Of a DNA stretch of 64,000 nucleotides, positions 20,032 to 30,104 are shown piece by piece. The first letter of the stretch is position 1. Each line of letters opens with the position of its first letter. Below the pieces are notes generated by a model. The model was not told where the DNA came from, ran no database searches, and saw only the letters and a list, made by a program, of their open reading frames with translations. Location: NCBI GenBank assembly GCA_046861385.1, contig JBHHTW010000002.1, forward strand, positions 1 to 64,000. Reading direction: 5' to 3'. Source of the stretch: Fidelibacterota bacterium. Its GTDB lineage: Bacteria; Fidelibacterota; Marinisomatia; Marinisomatales; TCS55. Position numbers and translations under genes: made by a program.

Positions 20032-21465
20032 GTGCAGTTAATTACAAAAAAAATGACGATGAAAAATGATCTGATAATTACCTTCTTTAACGGCATCGTC
20101 GTGTTATTAAGCATTTTTGTTCTTAACGCTTTGATCGCGAGAATGTATGGATTGGAGGTGCTTGGAGAGTTTTCATATATAAGAAGGATTACTGTTTCAA
20201 TTATTAGTGTATTGTTATTTGGAATGAATATCGGTTTACCCTATTACCTTTCTCGTAAAGAGAATACAAATTATGCTTATAGTGCCGGTATTATTTTTAT
20301 TATATTTTCAACACCATTAATTCTATTAACTAGCTGGTTTCTGAGTAGTGGAGTTATCCATGGGCTAGAAGGGAATTCAATATTAATATACTTTTCATAT
20401 ATCTTGGGTATTGGAATGCAATTTTTAACATATGGTTTATATCGAGGCCATATGAATATGGTCGGTGCGAATATCTTGCAGTTAATTTGTACAGCAATAG
20501 TTCCAATTTTGGCTTTTATTTATTTTGATGGATTAGAAAATACACTTTTGTTAATTGGATTAGCAACCTGTCTAATTTCGCTCATTGGATTTTTATACAG
20601 AATAAAAACAGCTCATAAAACTGTTAATTTAGTAAAAAACGTTGTTAGATTAATTAAATATGGAATCGTAAGGCTGCCAAGCTTTTTATCCCAATTTTTA
20701 TTAATTGCTGGACTGCCAATAATTGTTTCATCCCAAATAACATTATCTGACATGGCATTCTTAAATGCAGGAATAAGTATTGTTCGTTTGGCGCTGGTGT
20801 TTGTTACGCCACTTAGTATGATTTTACTACCAAGAATTTCGCATGCTTTGGCAAAAGGTAAACGGTTTGAGGTAGGAAAAGGTATTTCATCATTGATGAT
20901 AATCACAATTTATTTTTCAACAGTTGTATGCTGTGCTGTCTATTTTTATGCAGAAGAGTTGCTCAACTTATGGTTAGGAGATGTCACAACAGAAGGCGTT
21001 TCAATTGTGAAAATGATTATTTTAGCTTTTCCTTTTTATTCAGTAATGGGTGTACTGAGAGGTCCCATCGATGCTAGCTCTGAAAAGGGATATAATTCAA
21101 TAATCTATGTTAGTTCATCAATAGGTATGCTTTTGTGTTATTACCTGCTCATGTTTGTTAATATAGACCCGTTATTATCTGGAATCGTGGCTTTTGTGTT
21201 TGGTCATGCTGTTTCAATGTTTGTATGTTTGTTATTAAGTAAGAAGGTTTTTTACCTTCCAATCAATTTTATTAAAATTTTTATCCGAGTCATTTTTGTA
21301 ATATTCATTTTAAAAGCATTAGAGTTATCAATAGGTTTAATTTTTCAGTCCCACTTAATTCGATTAAGTATATTTTTATTAAGCTTAAGTATTGTTTTTT
21401 TCACTTATATTAAATTCACAAAATCTTCTTGGGTTTCAGATATTAAAAAAAGGATTATCAATTAA
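20032..21465 (+). CDS. Wzx-like oligosaccharide flippase (MOP superfamily)
   Basis: About 12-14 TMs, AR.YG.E..G.F opening, located in the polysaccharide locus; start may be ATG 20053 or 20059. Confidence 0.78.
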   Translation: MQLITKKMTMKNDLIITFFNGIVVLLSIFVLNALIARMYGLEVLGEFSYIRRITVSIISVLLFGMNIGLPYYLSRKENTNYAYSAGIIFIIFSTPLILLTSWFLSSGVIHGLEGNSILIYFSYILGIGMQFLTYGLYRGHMNMVGANILQLICTAIVPILAFIYFDGLENTLLLIGLATCLISLIGFLYRIKTAHKTVNLVKNVVRLIKYGIVRLPSFLSQFLLIAGLPIIVSSQITLSDMAFLNAGISIVRLALVFVTPLSMILLPRISHALAKGKRFEVGKGISSLMIITIYFSTVVCCAVYFYAEELLNLWLGDVTTEGVSIVKMIILAFPFYSVMGVLRGPIDASSEKGYNSIIYVSSSIGMLLCYYLLMFVNIDPLLSGIVAFVFGHAVSMFVCLLLSKKVFYLPINFIKIFIRVIFVIFILKALELSIGLIFQSHLIRLSIFLLSLSIVFFTYIKFTKSSWVSDIKKRIIN

Positions 21466-21479
21466 GGAACAACACATAT

Positions 21480-22619
21480 TTGCGAGATTCATATTTGAAG
21501 CATAATACATTAAATATAACGTTTTTAAATCCATCGGTAACCTTTCACCGGTTTACTAAACGAATTTCTTTAATAAATGCAGAAGGTATTAATTGTTCTG
21601 TATTAGCCTACGAGAGAAACCAATATCCTGGGAAAGTACTGCCTTTTGATTTTATTTCTCTGGGTACTATTAAACATGGTGCTTATGTTTATCGGTTATT
21701 AAAATTATTTCATTCTGTAATACAAGTAAGAAAAAATATACGATTCGCTCACTATATTTATGCTTTCGGTTTAGATATGGTGCTTCTTGGGTGGATTGCT
21801 TCATTTTTTAATGGCCGGAAGATACCAATCGTTTATGAAGTGGGGGATATTCGAGAAGTATTTTTAAAGAGTGGTTTGATCGGTAAAGTGGCAAGACGAA
21901 TAGATAAATTTTTTTCAAAACAATCCAAAATAATTGTAGTTACATCCAGTGCTTTTGCAAAAGAATATTTTATTAACAGACTGAGAATAAGTGGTGTAAG
22001 AATATTTGAGATTGAGAATAAGCTTGATAAAAGTATATTACACAAAAGTTCTATATCCCCTCATACACAAAATAATAACCAAATGATTATTGGTTATTAT
22101 GGTGTTATCCGCTGTCAGCGCTCATGGACAATACTCAAAGAAATCATACAAAAATCGAATGGAAAAATTGCATTGGATGTACGGGGTGTGCCAGTCAATA
22201 TTCCCACCTTCATCGAAGACTGCGCAAAGATTGAAAACATTAATTATTATGGATCGTATATTTCGCCTGATGACCTTCCAAAGATGTATAATAGTATTGA
22301 TCTTGTTTGGGTTGTAGGTCTCCACGGTAATGACAATCATTTATGGGCAAAACGATGCCGGTTTTATGAAGCAGGTTTATTCAAGAAACCAATGATTGGG
22401 CAAATTGGATCAATGGACGGCAAGATTATCGAAAAATACGGACTAGGTATGGTTTTTGACTTTAAAATCATGGAAGAAGTTATTCATGGCATTAATTCCA
22501 TAAAATTTCAACAATTAGAAGAGTGGACAAAAAACATAAACAGGATGCCTGAAGACTCGTTCGTTTATACGAATGAACACACCAAACTTGTGAAAATAAT
22601 GAAAAATATGTTGACATAA
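21480..22619 (+). CDS. Glycosyltransferase (GT-B, ExoL-like)
   Basis: AFGLDM, YEVGDIR, ENK, IGYYGVIRC, RFYEAG..KP; locus context. Confidence 0.72.
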   Translation: MRDSYLKHNTLNITFLNPSVTFHRFTKRISLINAEGINCSVLAYERNQYPGKVLPFDFISLGTIKHGAYVYRLLKLFHSVIQVRKNIRFAHYIYAFGLDMVLLGWIASFFNGRKIPIVYEVGDIREVFLKSGLIGKVARRIDKFFSKQSKIIVVTSSAFAKEYFINRLRISGVRIFEIENKLDKSILHKSSISPHTQNNNQMIIGYYGVIRCQRSWTILKEIIQKSNGKIALDVRGVPVNIPTFIEDCAKIENINYYGSYISPDDLPKMYNSIDLVWVVGLHGNDNHLWAKRCRFYEAGLFKKPMIGQIGSMDGKIIEKYGLGMVFDFKIMEEVIHGINSIKFQQLEEWTKNINRMPEDSFVYTNEHTKLVKIMKNMLT

Positions 22620-22621
22620 TT

Positions 22622-23866
22622 ATGAATGTAGTCGAGAAATATATTTATGATATGGTAAAAGCATATCCTGAATTAAAAGATAATATTGTCAATTTATATA
22701 GAAGGATATTTTCTTTAATACCGGGTGACCCTGTCATGACTGATCTGACTATAATTGTTAGAGAAAATTATTTTTTTGGATTTCATGATAAAAGCCCATG
22801 GTCTGCAGACAATACCATGTTACTAGCCCACAATCACACGATTGGTAATAAATATCCTGGGCAGGATGATGAAGTTGGAATTGGATATTTTATTGGTGAA
22901 GATTGGTGTAATTATGTGCCAGTTACTACCTCCCGAGCGTGGAATTGGCAGACGGGTTCTATGTTACAATGGATCGGAACTTCTCATAGTTTCATTTTTA
23001 ACGATTTTAACGGTATGAAACATATATCTAAAAAATATAATTGTGTTGATCAAACAACAATAGAATATCCGTATCCAATTGCTGCAGTTAGCCATAATGG
23101 AAAATATGCAGTAAGTCACAGTTTCAACCGGTTGAGAAGTCGGTTAGGTTCGACTTCATATGGCTATGCGAATGGTGCAGATTCAGATGAGAATGTAAAG
23201 ATATCTTTAAGCGAGTCATTAAAACTTATTGATTTGGCAGCTGGTAGCATTAAACCATTGATAAGATTAAAAGATATAGTTTTATATGCCCCGAATAAAT
23301 CAATGGATAATGCTTACCATTATTTTACCCATTGTCTTTTTTCACCACAAAATGACAGAATAGCATTTTTTCACCGTTGGATCAATAGTGCAAGACAAGA
23401 ATTTACAAGAATGTTCACTTGCAATATTGATGGTTCAGATTTATTCTTATTTAAGATGAATAATATGGTGTCCCATATAGCTTGGGAAGATAATTCCACA
23501 ATTTTGGCTTATGGGGATATTGATGGAATTGAACAGTATTATTTATTAAAAGATAAAACGGAAAAGAATGAATATTTGAATGTAAATGTTTTTAACGAAA
23601 ATGGACATCCTTCATATTCAACAAAAGGTTTAATTATTACAGACACGTACCCAGATCGCAAAGGATATTTATCCTTAATGCTTTACGATAAAGAGAAAAA
23701 ATTACTAAATGTATTAGCAAAACTAAGAACACCATATTCGTTTCGAGGAGGTATTAAATGTGATTTACATCCGAGATGGGATCGCACCTCTCAGTTTATC
23801 TGCTTTGATTCAGCACATACAGGTATAAGAGCCTTGTGTACAATGCGAGTTCTCAATGACAGCTGA
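22622..23866 (+). CDS. Hypothetical beta-propeller-like protein
   Basis: FFGFHDKSPW, AWNWQ.GS.LQW, H..FSP, GHPS, ITDTYPD, CDLHPRW motifs. Confidence 0.55.
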   Translation: MNVVEKYIYDMVKAYPELKDNIVNLYRRIFSLIPGDPVMTDLTIIVRENYFFGFHDKSPWSADNTMLLAHNHTIGNKYPGQDDEVGIGYFIGEDWCNYVPVTTSRAWNWQTGSMLQWIGTSHSFIFNDFNGMKHISKKYNCVDQTTIEYPYPIAAVSHNGKYAVSHSFNRLRSRLGSTSYGYANGADSDENVKISLSESLKLIDLAAGSIKPLIRLKDIVLYAPNKSMDNAYHYFTHCLFSPQNDRIAFFHRWINSARQEFTRMFTCNIDGSDLFLFKMNNMVSHIAWEDNSTILAYGDIDGIEQYYLLKDKTEKNEYLNVNVFNENGHPSYSTKGLIITDTYPDRKGYLSLMLYDKEKKLLNVLAKLRTPYSFRGGIKCDLHPRWDRTSQFICFDSAHTGIRALCTMRVLNDS

Positions 23867-24920
23867 AATCATACTATATATTATGTTAGCATTAATTTTA
23901 TTCACATTTGTTGGTTATCCTTTTATTCTATCTTTGTTGCCGGGAAAAAATTATGCTTTCGATGAGAATTATCAACCAACTGTATCCATAATTATCAGTG
24001 CCTATAATGAAGAAAAAAGTATTGCTGATAAATTGGAAAACACATTGAATCTCGACTATCCTGCCGACAAATTACAAATAATATTAGTCGATGACGGTTC
24101 CACTGATAAGACATTGGACATAGCAAAAAAAATTAAATTTGTTGAAATATTGGCATGTCCAAGAGGGGGGAAAACAAAAGCCCAAAATGAAGCGGTAAAA
24201 ATTGCTCGAAATGATATTTTAATATTTAGTGATGCAAATAATATTTATAAAATGGATGCAATAAAAATGTTGGTAAGGAACTTCGCCGATAAAAGAGTAG
24301 GCGTTGTATGCGGTGAATTGCAATATAATAATAAGCAGTCTAAAGAAAATATCTATTGGAAATATGAAGTTGCAATTAAGAAAGCAGAAAGTAAAAATGG
24401 TTGGCTTCTTGGAGCGAACGGCAGTATTTATGCTGTTAGAAAATCTGCCTATATTCGTTTACCGGAAGATTCCATCAGCGACCATTTAGAACCCATTATG
24501 ATTTACGGTAATGGATTGGACGTGGTTTATGAGCCTCAAGCGATTGCTTTTGAAGACGTACCCGGTGATGTTTTAAACAGAAAACGGCGAATAATTTTAA
24601 GGAGCCTGGTATCTATGAGGTACATTAAGACGCAAATAAATCCATTTAATAGGAGATCTGTTTTTATCCCTTACATGTCCCACAAACTGATTAGATGGTT
24701 TACGCCGTTTTTAATGGTTGCATGTTTATTGTCCACAATGTATTTATCAATAGATTCAAACATATTTAGGATATTCCTGGCTTTCCAGATATTGTTTTAT
24801 ATTACCGGTATTTTTCATTCCGGCCTTCGTTATATAATAAAAGTGAATGTCGCCTCCGCATTGGCTATCATAGACTGGTTGTCGGGTAAAAAACAAATAA
24901 CATGGGACGTAATACGTTAA
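23856..24920 (+). CDS. Family 2 glycosyltransferase
   Basis: IISAYNEE, DDGSTD, GKTKAQN, FSDAN, GANGSIYA, R.RI, HKLIRW. Confidence 0.92.
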   Translation: MTAEIILYIMLALILFTFVGYPFILSLLPGKNYAFDENYQPTVSIIISAYNEEKSIADKLENTLNLDYPADKLQIILVDDGSTDKTLDIAKKIKFVEILACPRGGKTKAQNEAVKIARNDILIFSDANNIYKMDAIKMLVRNFADKRVGVVCGELQYNNKQSKENIYWKYEVAIKKAESKNGWLLGANGSIYAVRKSAYIRLPEDSISDHLEPIMIYGNGLDVVYEPQAIAFEDVPGDVLNRKRRIILRSLVSMRYIKTQINPFNRRSVFIPYMSHKLIRWFTPFLMVACLLSTMYLSIDSNIFRIFLAFQILFYITGIFHSGLRYIIKVNVASALAIIDWLSGKKQITWDVIR

Positions 24921-26518
24921 TAGTTCATCAACAGTCCTAATTTCCCTTCCAATATTTTTTCACTAGTGTTATAAGCAACATTTCCAGAAATATAGAAAAG
25001 CTCTGTCACCCTGTAATAATATTCACTGCCAATTATGACATTTTCTTTAACATCTCCTAATAACCAGGGTGTGCTGTCATCCAGAGATTTGTCTCTTAAT
25101 CCATAATTATCATTAGGATCAGAACCCATTCCTGATCCTTGGGCCAAGTAAGATATATTCAATGAAAGAGAAGTTTTATATGTGGGCCAAAAATTCATTT
25201 CTATGTAGAGTAATTTGGAATTGGGTCCGACAGGAAACCCTATTCCGTGACCGGCGGATGTATAGGTCAAAAGAGAATCTTCGTGGGTATAGACCCATGG
25301 TCGACTCACGGAGAACTCTATTCTGAAATCGGGTAATTTTGGATTAGGAAATGGTACCCAATGGAGACCGGATTGAAAAATGAATTTATTAGCCCACCAG
25401 GAACTGAATAATTTAAACCAAGACAATTCGTCCCAGAAAAATGTTCCGTAAACAGATAAACCGGGCTTTACATTCCATAATGCATCGAATGACATGAGTA
25501 CATTATCGTGATTTCCCAAACTATGTTCTTCCGACCAGAAAAGGTTCACAGGTAATAAATAACCCAATTCAAGATTTCGTCTGGCATAAATAACCATTTC
25601 GTTAAATGAAATAGTAATTGTTGATAATAAATCAAGCTCAAAACGATGGGCTGCTAAATGTTTTTGAACTAAAGGTTGATCTCCATTGGGAATGAGGGAA
25701 CCCATAACACTTTCTGTTCTGAATCGTTTATAATTTTTTGACAACCTAAGAAAAGAAAAGGGTTGAATATTTTCTGAAAAAATCGGTGAGTGTCGTCTAC
25801 TGAAACCCCAGTAAATGGGAAGTTTACTCAGTTCAACGTTCATAATGGAATTAGTCCATTTTATGGATGCTTCCGACACATCCCAAATCAGCCAATCCGT
25901 ATTTTCTTCAAGTAAAAGATAACCTTGCTTGAATTCTTTTGGTATTGGATATGAATCTTTATGTTCAACTCTATATAATGAATATCGACTGAAAAATGAT
26001 AAATTGTTATTAATCTGACCAGAAATGGTGACCCTGTCATTATAAAATAATCGCTGAATGGTATCTTGAACCTCAATGCTGAACAATTCCTCCCAATCTG
26101 CCCAAAGAGTGAGTTCTTCATCTCTATAAGATAAGAATCTTATTTCTTTATGTTTTTGATCGTACGCAGAAAAAGAACCAATTAAAACAGTCTTAAGCTG
26201 GTTGCTTTGCCACGGTCCTTTAATTCCATTATTTAGATTTTTAAAATCAAATTCCTTTTTGAAATAGAGTAATAACTCCAGTTCATTTTTTGACAGTTCC
26301 GCATTTGAAATTTCATCCAATGCAGTCATCACCTGATTTATGGAGAACGGTCTTAATCCGGGATGGATTGTTTTTACTATACCTATTGAATGATATCGTA
26401 GTATAAAATCGTTAACCGGGTGCTTAAGATTAATGGGTACATTTTGCCCTATCAGTACACTAATTTGAAAGAATAGTAGCAGTAAAACGCATTTTATATG
26501 TCGTGTTTGGATTTCCAT
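24917..26518 (-). CDS. Capsule assembly Wzi family outer-membrane protein
   Basis: Signal peptide, RPFS, WG, HRFE, E..IY, YL.P, DN, G...GPN; terminal Y; locus context. Confidence 0.7.
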   Translation of the reverse strand: MEIQTRHIKCVLLLLFFQISVLIGQNVPINLKHPVNDFILRYHSIGIVKTIHPGLRPFSINQVMTALDEISNAELSKNELELLLYFKKEFDFKNLNNGIKGPWQSNQLKTVLIGSFSAYDQKHKEIRFLSYRDEELTLWADWEELFSIEVQDTIQRLFYNDRVTISGQINNNLSFFSRYSLYRVEHKDSYPIPKEFKQGYLLLEENTDWLIWDVSEASIKWTNSIMNVELSKLPIYWGFSRRHSPIFSENIQPFSFLRLSKNYKRFRTESVMGSLIPNGDQPLVQKHLAAHRFELDLLSTITISFNEMVIYARRNLELGYLLPVNLFWSEEHSLGNHDNVLMSFDALWNVKPGLSVYGTFFWDELSWFKLFSSWWANKFIFQSGLHWVPFPNPKLPDFRIEFSVSRPWVYTHEDSLLTYTSAGHGIGFPVGPNSKLLYIEMNFWPTYKTSLSLNISYLAQGSGMGSDPNDNYGLRDKSLDDSTPWLLGDVKENVIIGSEYYYRVTELFYISGNVAYNTSEKILEGKLGLLMNY

Positions 26519-26570
26519 AAGACGTGAGTCTACACTAATTGAACCTATTTATTCTATGAATTTCATTTAC

Positions 26571-26599
26571 TTGACAACAAAAGATAGTTGACCTAATTT
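26571..26599 (+). promoter_or_regulatory. Putative sigma70-type promoter
   Basis: TTGACA-N17-TAATTT, about 150 nt upstream of the wcaJ-like gene. Confidence 0.6.
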
Positions 26600-26629
26600 T
26601 CACCAACTTCAAAGGAGTTCTATCGCCCT

Positions 26630-26691
26630 AAATCGTTATCAGTTAGTTGAAACAACCAAAAATATCAACATGAAATACTGCATAACGATTT
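26630..26691 (+). other. Long imperfect hairpin in the putative leader of the wcaJ-like gene
   Basis: AAATCGTTAT/ATAACGATTT (10 bp), CAGT/ACTG and GTTGA/TCAAC form nested pairings. Confidence 0.5.
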
Positions 26692-26751
26692 CCACAATTC
26701 TGGTGTGATCCAGCACATCTAATAGAAAATAAAGTTTAGATAATTTTCATA

Positions 26752-28167
26752 ATGCTGGAAACACTGCAACATTTGCGTATCCGATATCCACGATGGATCA
26801 TCGCTTGGTGTCTGTATTTTACGGATGCAATTTTTACTTCCATTGCTTTTTATACTGTACTGGTACCCAGTCTGAATAAAGGGGCTCATTTTACTCAATT
26901 TGAATTATTTTTAATATTTGCACTAGGGCAGGTGTTACTAGGAATTATATTTTTACCATTGAACCTGTATCAAAGCGAACCGACTGTTTCCAGGATATAT
27001 GAAATTCAGCAATTGGTTAAGGTAACCTTTTTAATCACATTAGTGGCAATATTTATTGATGCTTTAACACCTGATGTTTTGCCTGTTAAGGCACAAGAAA
27101 TACTGCGTTATTGGCTGGTGTTAATAATGTTTCTTTCAATCCCAAGATGGATTTTTCGCTCCGTTCAAAAATTATTACTTACCAAAGGGTACGGCCTTCG
27201 GAAGACTATCATTGTTGGGGTTAATGATCGAGGATTTCAAGTGGCGGATAATATTACTCTCCAGAAAAACCAGGGATTTGATTTATTGGGGTTTGTTCAA
27301 TCGGATGATGACCCAGAATTGGACAATTTATCTGATGTCAATATTATTGGACATGAAAAAGACTTGAAATCCATTATTTTGGAAAACCAAATATCAGAAG
27401 TCATTGTAGCTCCCATAATACTTGAGCATACACATGTAACCAGAATTATCACTCGAGCCAATGGTTCTCCAGTCTCAATCAAAATTGTACCGGACCTTCA
27501 TGAAGTCATAAGTGGACTCGCTCGAACTGAGCAGATATATGGTTTACCCCTTATTAAAGTAAACCCGAACCTGGAAACGGTTTATAATACTATCATAAAG
27601 CGGTTATTGGATTTGCTCATTGCCTTACCTTCTCTGGTTATTTCACTTCCCATTTGGATTTTGACATCAGCGGTTATCAAAATAGATAGTAAAGGACCCA
27701 TATTTTATAAACAGGACAGGGTGGGGAAATTGCATAAGCACTTTACTATTTATAAATTTAGAACGATGGTGGAAAATGCTGAGCAATTAACCGGTCCTGT
27801 TTGGGCAAGTGAAGAAGATACTCGCATCACACGTGTTGGGAGAATATTACGCCGCTTTCGTTTGGATGAACTCCCTCAATTACTGATGGTCATCAAAGGA
27901 GACATGAGTTTGATTGGACCCCGCCCAGAGCGACCTTATTTCGTCGATAAATTGGTACAGGAATATCCCTTTTATTATCGACGTCTGAAAATCCGCCCCG
28001 GCATCACCGGTTGGGCTCAAATCAAGCATCCATATGATCAGGAAATTGAGGATGTAAGACAAAAATTGAAATATGACTTCTACTATATTGAAAACCTGAG
28101 TTTTTCCCTGGATTTGAAAATTCTGTTGAGTACTGCATGGGTGATGCTATCGGGCGAAGGCCGATAA
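26752..28167 (+). CDS. Polyprenyl-phosphate glycosylphosphotransferase (WcaJ/WbaP-like priming sugar transferase)
   Basis: N-terminal TMs, CoA-binding-like domain, KRLLD, F..YKFRTM, D.RIT.VG, LDELPQL, GDMSLIGPRPE, PGITGWAQ. Confidence 0.93.
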   Translation: MLETLQHLRIRYPRWIIAWCLYFTDAIFTSIAFYTVLVPSLNKGAHFTQFELFLIFALGQVLLGIIFLPLNLYQSEPTVSRIYEIQQLVKVTFLITLVAIFIDALTPDVLPVKAQEILRYWLVLIMFLSIPRWIFRSVQKLLLTKGYGLRKTIIVGVNDRGFQVADNITLQKNQGFDLLGFVQSDDDPELDNLSDVNIIGHEKDLKSIILENQISEVIVAPIILEHTHVTRIITRANGSPVSIKIVPDLHEVISGLARTEQIYGLPLIKVNPNLETVYNTIIKRLLDLLIALPSLVISLPIWILTSAVIKIDSKGPIFYKQDRVGKLHKHFTIYKFRTMVENAEQLTGPVWASEEDTRITRVGRILRRFRLDELPQLLMVIKGDMSLIGPRPERPYFVDKLVQEYPFYYRRLKIRPGITGWAQIKHPYDQEIEDVRQKLKYDFYYIENLSFSLDLKILLSTAWVMLSGEGR

Positions 28168-28177
28168 TTTTCAACTC

Positions 28178-28786
28178 ATGTCATTGGTTTCAAATCTTTT
28201 TAAAAATAAAATATTTAGATGGTTTATTTATTTTTTTGAAGACGTAAGATCCAAGTCAAGGCTGAGACAAATAATCGAATTCTTGGATCATGATCAAGGG
28301 CGTTGTTCCATTGTTGATATAGGGTGCGGCACGGGATTGGTTACAGAAAAATTGCATGACTACGCTCAATCTGTTGTGGGATTTGATGTCGTCAACAATA
28401 ATTTGTCTCATAAAATAAAATTCACTTTAGGTTCTCCTGATAAACCATTACCATTTAAGAATAAAGAATTTGATTATACCCTTCTCATTTTCGTGCTACA
28501 CCACTCAAATGATCCCATCTTTCTCCTGAAAGAAGTAAACAGGATTTCGAACCATGTTGTTATTTTTGAAGATATTATAATAAACCCAGTTCAGAAATAT
28601 TATACATTATTAGTGGATAGTGTATTAAATCTTGAGTTTAAAAATCATCCTCATCGAAATAAAAACGATGCTGAATGGAAAAATACTTTTGCTGATATTG
28701 GATACCACTTAATCGACCAAAATTATTCTTACAATTTTCTTGGATTGAGACATGCCAGATATTTTTTAAAATCTACATCATTGTAA
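28178..28786 (+). CDS. Class I SAM-dependent methyltransferase
   Basis: IVDIGCGTG, LPF....FD, VLHH. Confidence 0.85.
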   Translation: MSLVSNLFKNKIFRWFIYFFEDVRSKSRLRQIIEFLDHDQGRCSIVDIGCGTGLVTEKLHDYAQSVVGFDVVNNNLSHKIKFTLGSPDKPLPFKNKEFDYTLLIFVLHHSNDPIFLLKEVNRISNHVVIFEDIIINPVQKYYTLLVDSVLNLEFKNHPHRNKNDAEWKNTFADIGYHLIDQNYSYNFLGLRHARYFLKSTSL

Positions 28787-28835
28787 ATCCATTTATTACA
28801 ATCTAATTTTTATAAACAAATAACTGCAAAAAAAT

Positions 28836-30104
28836 ATGTTATCCTTATCCAAAATTCGTGAAAACGCCGATTCTCTACAAAAAAGAATTTCTTTAAAGGG
28901 AGAGGAAATCGATTTTTCTTCAATGCTAAATTTCGATGAACAGCATCGTAAAATATTGACAGAAATAAATAATCTCCGCGCCGAACGCAACCGGGTTTCA
29001 GAAGAAATTGGGGAAGTCAAACGCTCCGGCGGAGATGCCGCAGATTCCATTGCTGCCATGCGTGAAGTTGGTAACCAAATTAAATCTCTGGAAACTGAAG
29101 TAGTTGACTTGCAGAAAAAAATTAAATCTGCTATTGAAGAGATTCCCAATATACCCCATGAATCGGTTCCAATTGGCCAGCATGAATTAGATAATAAAGT
29201 CCTTAGGGAGTGGGGAGAAAAACCGGAGTTTGATTATACAATTAAGGATCATATTGAATTGGGTACAGCTCTCCAATTATTTGACTTCGAGCGCTCAGCA
29301 AAAATATCCGGTTCCGGATTTCCTTTATATATAGGTCAAGGTGCGAAACTGGAACGAGCGCTTATCAATTTTATGTTGGATTTTCATTTAGATCATCACG
29401 GATATACTGAAGTTTTCCCACCATTTCTCGCTCGTAATTCCGCTCCATTTACCTGTGGAAATTTACCTAAATTTGCTGAGGATATGTATTTTGTGGAAAA
29501 TGATGAATTATATCTCATTCCAACCGCTGAAGTACCGGTAACCAATATCCACAAGGATGAAATTCTGGATGAGCAGGATCTTCCAAAATTTTATGCAGCT
29601 TATTCAGCATGTTTCCGAAGGGAAGCCGGTTCTTATGGAAAAGAAACCCGGGGACTGTTACGTGTTCATCAATTTAATAAAGTTGAAATGGTCAAATTTG
29701 TTACACCGGAATCTTCTTATGAAGAGTTGGAATCGCTGGTTAATAATGCGGAAGCTATTTTACAGGCTCTTGGCCTTCATTATAGAGTGATAGAGTTATG
29801 CACCGGAGATTTAAGTTTTTCTGCCGCAAAATGTTATGATTTAGAAGTGTGGTCTCCGGCTGAAAATAATTGGCTGGAAGTGTCATCTTGCAGCAATTTT
29901 GAAGATTTTCAGGCTCGCAGGGGGAATATTCGTTATCGCAAATCGGGAGATAATAAAACCGAATTCGTTCATACCTTAAACGGTTCGGGGGTCGCGACGC
30001 CAAGACTAACTGTTGCCTTGTTAGAATCGTATCAAACACGAGAAGGGAAAGTGATTGTTCCAAAAGCGCTTCAACCTTACGTAGGTGCGGAGGTTTTGAG
30101 CTGA
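28836..30104 (+). CDS. serS: Serine--tRNA ligase
   Basis: N-terminal coiled coil, LIPTAEV, FRREAGSYGK, RVHQFNKVE, EVSSCSN, TLNGSG. Confidence 0.98.
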   Translation: MLSLSKIRENADSLQKRISLKGEEIDFSSMLNFDEQHRKILTEINNLRAERNRVSEEIGEVKRSGGDAADSIAAMREVGNQIKSLETEVVDLQKKIKSAIEEIPNIPHESVPIGQHELDNKVLREWGEKPEFDYTIKDHIELGTALQLFDFERSAKISGSGFPLYIGQGAKLERALINFMLDFHLDHHGYTEVFPPFLARNSAPFTCGNLPKFAEDMYFVENDELYLIPTAEVPVTNIHKDEILDEQDLPKFYAAYSACFRREAGSYGKETRGLLRVHQFNKVEMVKFVTPESSYEELESLVNNAEAILQALGLHYRVIELCTGDLSFSAAKCYDLEVWSPAENNWLEVSSCSNFEDFQARRGNIRYRKSGDNKTEFVHTLNGSGVATPRLTVALLESYQTREGKVIVPKALQPYVGAEVLS

